Shown here: one piece after another, positions 60,380 to 64,000 of the stretch
Layout of the letters: each line of letters opens with the position of its first letter
Numbering within the stretch: position 1 is the stretch's first letter
Assembly (NCBI GenBank): GCA_949358305.1
Contig: OX442314.1
Coordinates: 24,304,001 to 24,368,000 of the forward strand
From: Strigamia acuminata
Taxonomy: Eukaryota
Direction of reading: 5' to 3'
DNA: 64,000 nucleotides
Made by a program: the position numbers and the translations under genes
Notes under the pieces: generated by a model
What the model was told of the DNA's origin: nothing
Seen by the model: the letters and a program-made list of their open reading frames with translations, nothing else
Database searches by the model: none

Positions 60380-63007
60380 GTAGGGAACTGGTAACGTGTA
60401 CTTGCAAAATTTTAATTAAAAAGCAGAAAGAAGGAGAATAGAAAGAAGAAGGAAAAAAAAATTCTACAAAGTGCAAATGCATGAATAAATATCGATAGAA
60501 AATGCTTGAAATAGTTTGATGCACAAATGAAATTTATTGCTGAAAGCGTTTCCACGTGGAGGAAAGAAGTTGGTCTAGGCTATTTTGTATGCAGCAGTAA
60601 GTCAAGACAAAATCGCTAGTGCAACGATGAAAATGTTGTTGTCAACCACTTTGCTCGCTTGATTGCTGAGGTGATAAAGTGGAACACACGAGACTACCAA
60701 AGAGAAAGTGGAGTGTGTATCTGATGGACTGACATTGGGAAATTGGTTTCGCCGTGGTCGCTTCGTTCAAATAGAAATATCTTAGGGCTAAAAATCAAGG
60801 CCGGGAAACGTCTCAAAAATGGAAATGAAGATGGGAAAAATAAGAAAAATGAAAAAAATAAAATAGAATATGCTTTGGCTTTAGGTGATGCAAAAACAAA
60901 CTTTGAGTATTCTTTTTGTTTGTTTTTTTGTTTTGTTTTGAGATGAATTGATTGAATGGGACTAGCTTGAGTTTGACATTTTGTTTAGTTTGTTTATAAG
61001 GTACACATAAATATTGAAATTTTGTATAAATATTCTCCCTCCCTCCTTCCATCCACCACCATTTTTTTTTCTCCCTTTCTCTATTGTATTACTATGCTCG
61101 CAATGTTTGTTTAGTAGATTAACATTGCTTCACAGAATACACAGAATTTATTATTCTTTTTTCTCGAGGTAAAAAAGATTTGTTTTGAATTTTATTTGAA
61201 TTATGTATTTAATTTTTTCAACTTCATTTTCGTTTAATGGAATTTACAAAACGAAAAGCAAAAAAAAGACAAAAAGATTAAAAGGGATAATTCAAGGCGC
61301 ACAAAACCATCCAGAGAATATTTATCATTCATTCTGGTATTTATTAATTTTTTTTTATTTTTATAAAAAAATTTTCCACGCTTAAATTTTCACCGTTAAA
61401 ATTAATGATATACGACTTTAAGGAATAAATGACCCTTTGAATTGCGAGTCGATATTGCACGAAAAAGAATCTTAATTGGGATCTGGTCGGCGAGGGAAAG
61501 GAAAAGACATACTCGATTTTCCAAATCCGACATCCTCTGGGATGGGATGCGATGCAAAGAGAAAACGTGGCGGGTATTAATCAAAATCCACTTGTTCACG
61601 TTTCCCATTGCAACTTTCGAGACGAAAGAAAATAAATCTGATGATTAATACTTCCTAAAGTATTTCCTTCCCTGCTCCAAAATTATTATTTTTTGATTAA
61701 TTACCTAACGAGTGATAGCAATGTTCTTCGACTTAGAGTTGATAAAGAAGGAAGAAATGGAATTAGGAAAAAGTAAAAAGGAAAAGAAAAAGAGAAAAAG
61801 AAAAAAAAAAGGCTCGCATTTCGAGAAAATCATTCTGAGAACTGCCGTCGTAAAAACGCCCGTATCTCGATGCAAATCCATTTCAGTTTTGCGGTTAAAT
61901 GCACCTATTTCTATTTCCCTGACTCAATGCATATGCATACAGTGTACAAATCGTGCGGGGAAGCTAGAACCTACTTCATTTGAATATCAACAAGCATAAC
62001 CGTATCCATGCCATCGTCTCGTTAATATTTTACAATTTGAAAATTCTAAATAAATTCAAAAATATAATGAAATTACTGCGATTTTCGTCCAAAAATGCGT
62101 GTGGAAACACGAGATAAAATAAATTTAAAAAATTCCAGTCTTTACAAAAAATCATATTTATAGAAGATTTTATATTAAAAAAAATAAACTTTTTTTTAAC
62201 ACAACAGACTACCAAAGCAGATCATCATAAGAAGCTTTGCAGCAAAGAATCTTTTGCAAAAACTCTATATTTGCTTCTGCCAAACAATTGGTACAAACAC
62301 TGAAGCAACACGCCAGAACGACCAAAGGTCATGTCCCCGAATTCCTTCTTCTCAAAGCTGATTGCTCCATGGCAAATTGGTCAAACCTGACTCCCTGATT
62401 CCGATAAATTTTACTTTCTATTAGAAATCTCTCTCTATTGCGAGCCAAAATATCAATCGAAAATATTTTTCCTTACATTTATTGTCAATATTTCCTAGAA
62501 TTTAATTATCCCGCATAAAAATAACGTAAAAAAGAGTCATTAACCATGAATTGTTTAAGTTTTTCTCACTAACCACAAAATGTCATCCAAACCATTAAAA
62601 TTTTTATGTCATTTCCTTTGTCCTATCTATGTTTTGTTCTCCGTCAGGCTCCGAGACTAAAGGTTGACACTAAAGGCTAACAAGGAGACCGCAAGAGTGT
62701 GTAATCCACAATTGTTAAAATAATTGTTAAATAAAGTATTCACATGACCTGAGCAATCTATTTTTCTCATATTAAAATGCACCTCTCTCTCACATTGTTA
62801 CAAACAGTTACAACACACAGGATTCCTTACTGTGTGTTGAAACAACTTTTTTCACTTTTTTGAGTAAAAAGGTCAAGTGTAGCACTACACTTGGTGATTA
62901 GCCTGTTCAAACCTTACTCTGGAACCCAGGTAATTTGATATCACATGACATATGACATCACAACTTTGTTCACCAACATGACTGCCTGCTTGAAGCAACA
63001 ATAGTGT

Positions 63008-63079
63008 GTTGTGGTGGCTCAGTGGTTAAGGCAATGAACCAGTAATCTTTTCACACAGGTTCAAATCCCTGTTGTCTGT
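63008..63079 (+). pseudogene. tRNA-derived (pseudo-tRNA or SINE-head-like) unit in the left palindrome arm
   Basis: A box TGGCTCAGTGG (63015-63025) and B box GGTTCAAATCC (63058-63068) at tRNA-like spacing, with T-runs downstream. Acceptor and anticodon stems do not pair properly. Confidence 0.65.
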
Positions 63080-63253
63080 GAAAATTTTTACTTTAATTTT
63101 TTTTTTTTTTTTAGCAGTAAAGTTGATGTTTGTTATTTTATATATGTTAAAAAATTAAAATTAATTATATTAAATTTTTTTAAAAACAAGTATAAAATAA
63201 TAAACATTAACTTTACTGCTAAAAATAAATAAAAAATTAAAGTAAAAATTTTC

Positions 63254-63325
63254 ACAGACAACAGGGATTTGAACCTGTGTGAAAAGATTACTGGTTCATT
63301 GCCTTAACCACTGAGCCACCACAAC
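63254..63325 (-). pseudogene. Mirror copy of the tRNA-derived unit in the right palindrome arm
   Basis: Exact reverse complement of 63008-63079. Confidence 0.65.
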
Positions 63326-64000
63326 ACACTATTGTTGCTTCAAGCAGGCAGTCATGTTGGTGAACAAAGTTGTGATGTCATATGTCATGTGATATCAAAT
63401 TACCTGGGTTCCAGAGTAAGGTTTGAACAGGCTAATCACCAAGTGTAGTGCTACACTTGACCTTTTTACTCAAAAAAGTGAAAAAAGGTGTTTCAACACA
63501 CAGTAAGGAATCCTGTGTGTTGTAACTGTTTGTAACAATGTGAGAGAGAGGTGCATTTTAATATGAGAAAAATAGATTGCTCAGGTCATGTGAATACTTT
63601 ATTTAACAATTATTTTAACAATTGTGGATTACACACTCTTGCGGTCTCCTTGTAAGTTAAATTGCAACAACCTTTATTTCGAATGACACCATACTACAAC
63701 TACAACGTCTCGTATTTCATGCACGCACATATAGGCACATGCCAAAAGGCTTAATAGGCTTAATGTGCGAACGCAACACCACTTCCCCATTTAAAGAAGT
63801 GAGAGGCGCCTTCAATGTGAACTGTACAAATCCTCATCACTACCACCAGGTACACATTGAAACCACCATGTTAGTGTAAAAGCACACACTCATCACTCTG
63901 AATCTATGGAATTCAACATACACCCTGAATGCCTCTTGTGAACATTAATTCAGCCATCTTGTAATTGTAGCACACAAAAGAGGATAGCAGCTTACGTATA

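Larger units (their letters stand above)
62681..63652. mobile_element. 972-bp fold-back (palindromic) element of unknown family
   Basis: Arms 62681-63102 and 63231-63652 are reverse complements with one mismatch seen (62845). The AT-rich centre is an imperfect palindrome. Termini are CAAGG...CCTTG, flanked by TAA on both sides. Confidence 0.85.

Noticed and set aside
63008..63079. Functional tRNA gene
   Set aside because: Acceptor and anticodon stems do not pair and the T-arm has an extra base; kept only as a tRNA-derived unit.

Overview
Eukaryotic, AT-rich, intron-containing animal DNA. It is arthropod-like, judged from ~60-bp minimal introns and the protein sequences; the species cannot be determined. 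The left half holds four spliced genes. They are adenylosuccinate lyase (+, 7154-17095), an M3/oligopeptidase-A-like protein that has lost its HExxH zinc motif (-, 17193-20239), mitochondrial D-lactate dehydrogenase (+, 22357-25592) and the E2/E3 hybrid UBE2O (+, 25788-30313), the last followed by a decayed copy of its 3' end. The right half is mostly intron of a gene the ORF track largely misses. A signal-peptide exon (39470-39560) appears to splice in phase across 20.7 kb to a CUB-domain-like exon (60229-60379), and the gene continues past the window. Its introns carry an intact, very young Ty1/Copia element (47866-52630), a MITE and a 972-bp fold-back palindrome (62681-63652) with two convergent tRNA-like Pol III promoter units. 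One LDHD intron consists almost entirely of three nested MITEs. No CRISPR array, rRNA or convincing functional tRNA was found. All coordinates were read by eye, without alignment tools.
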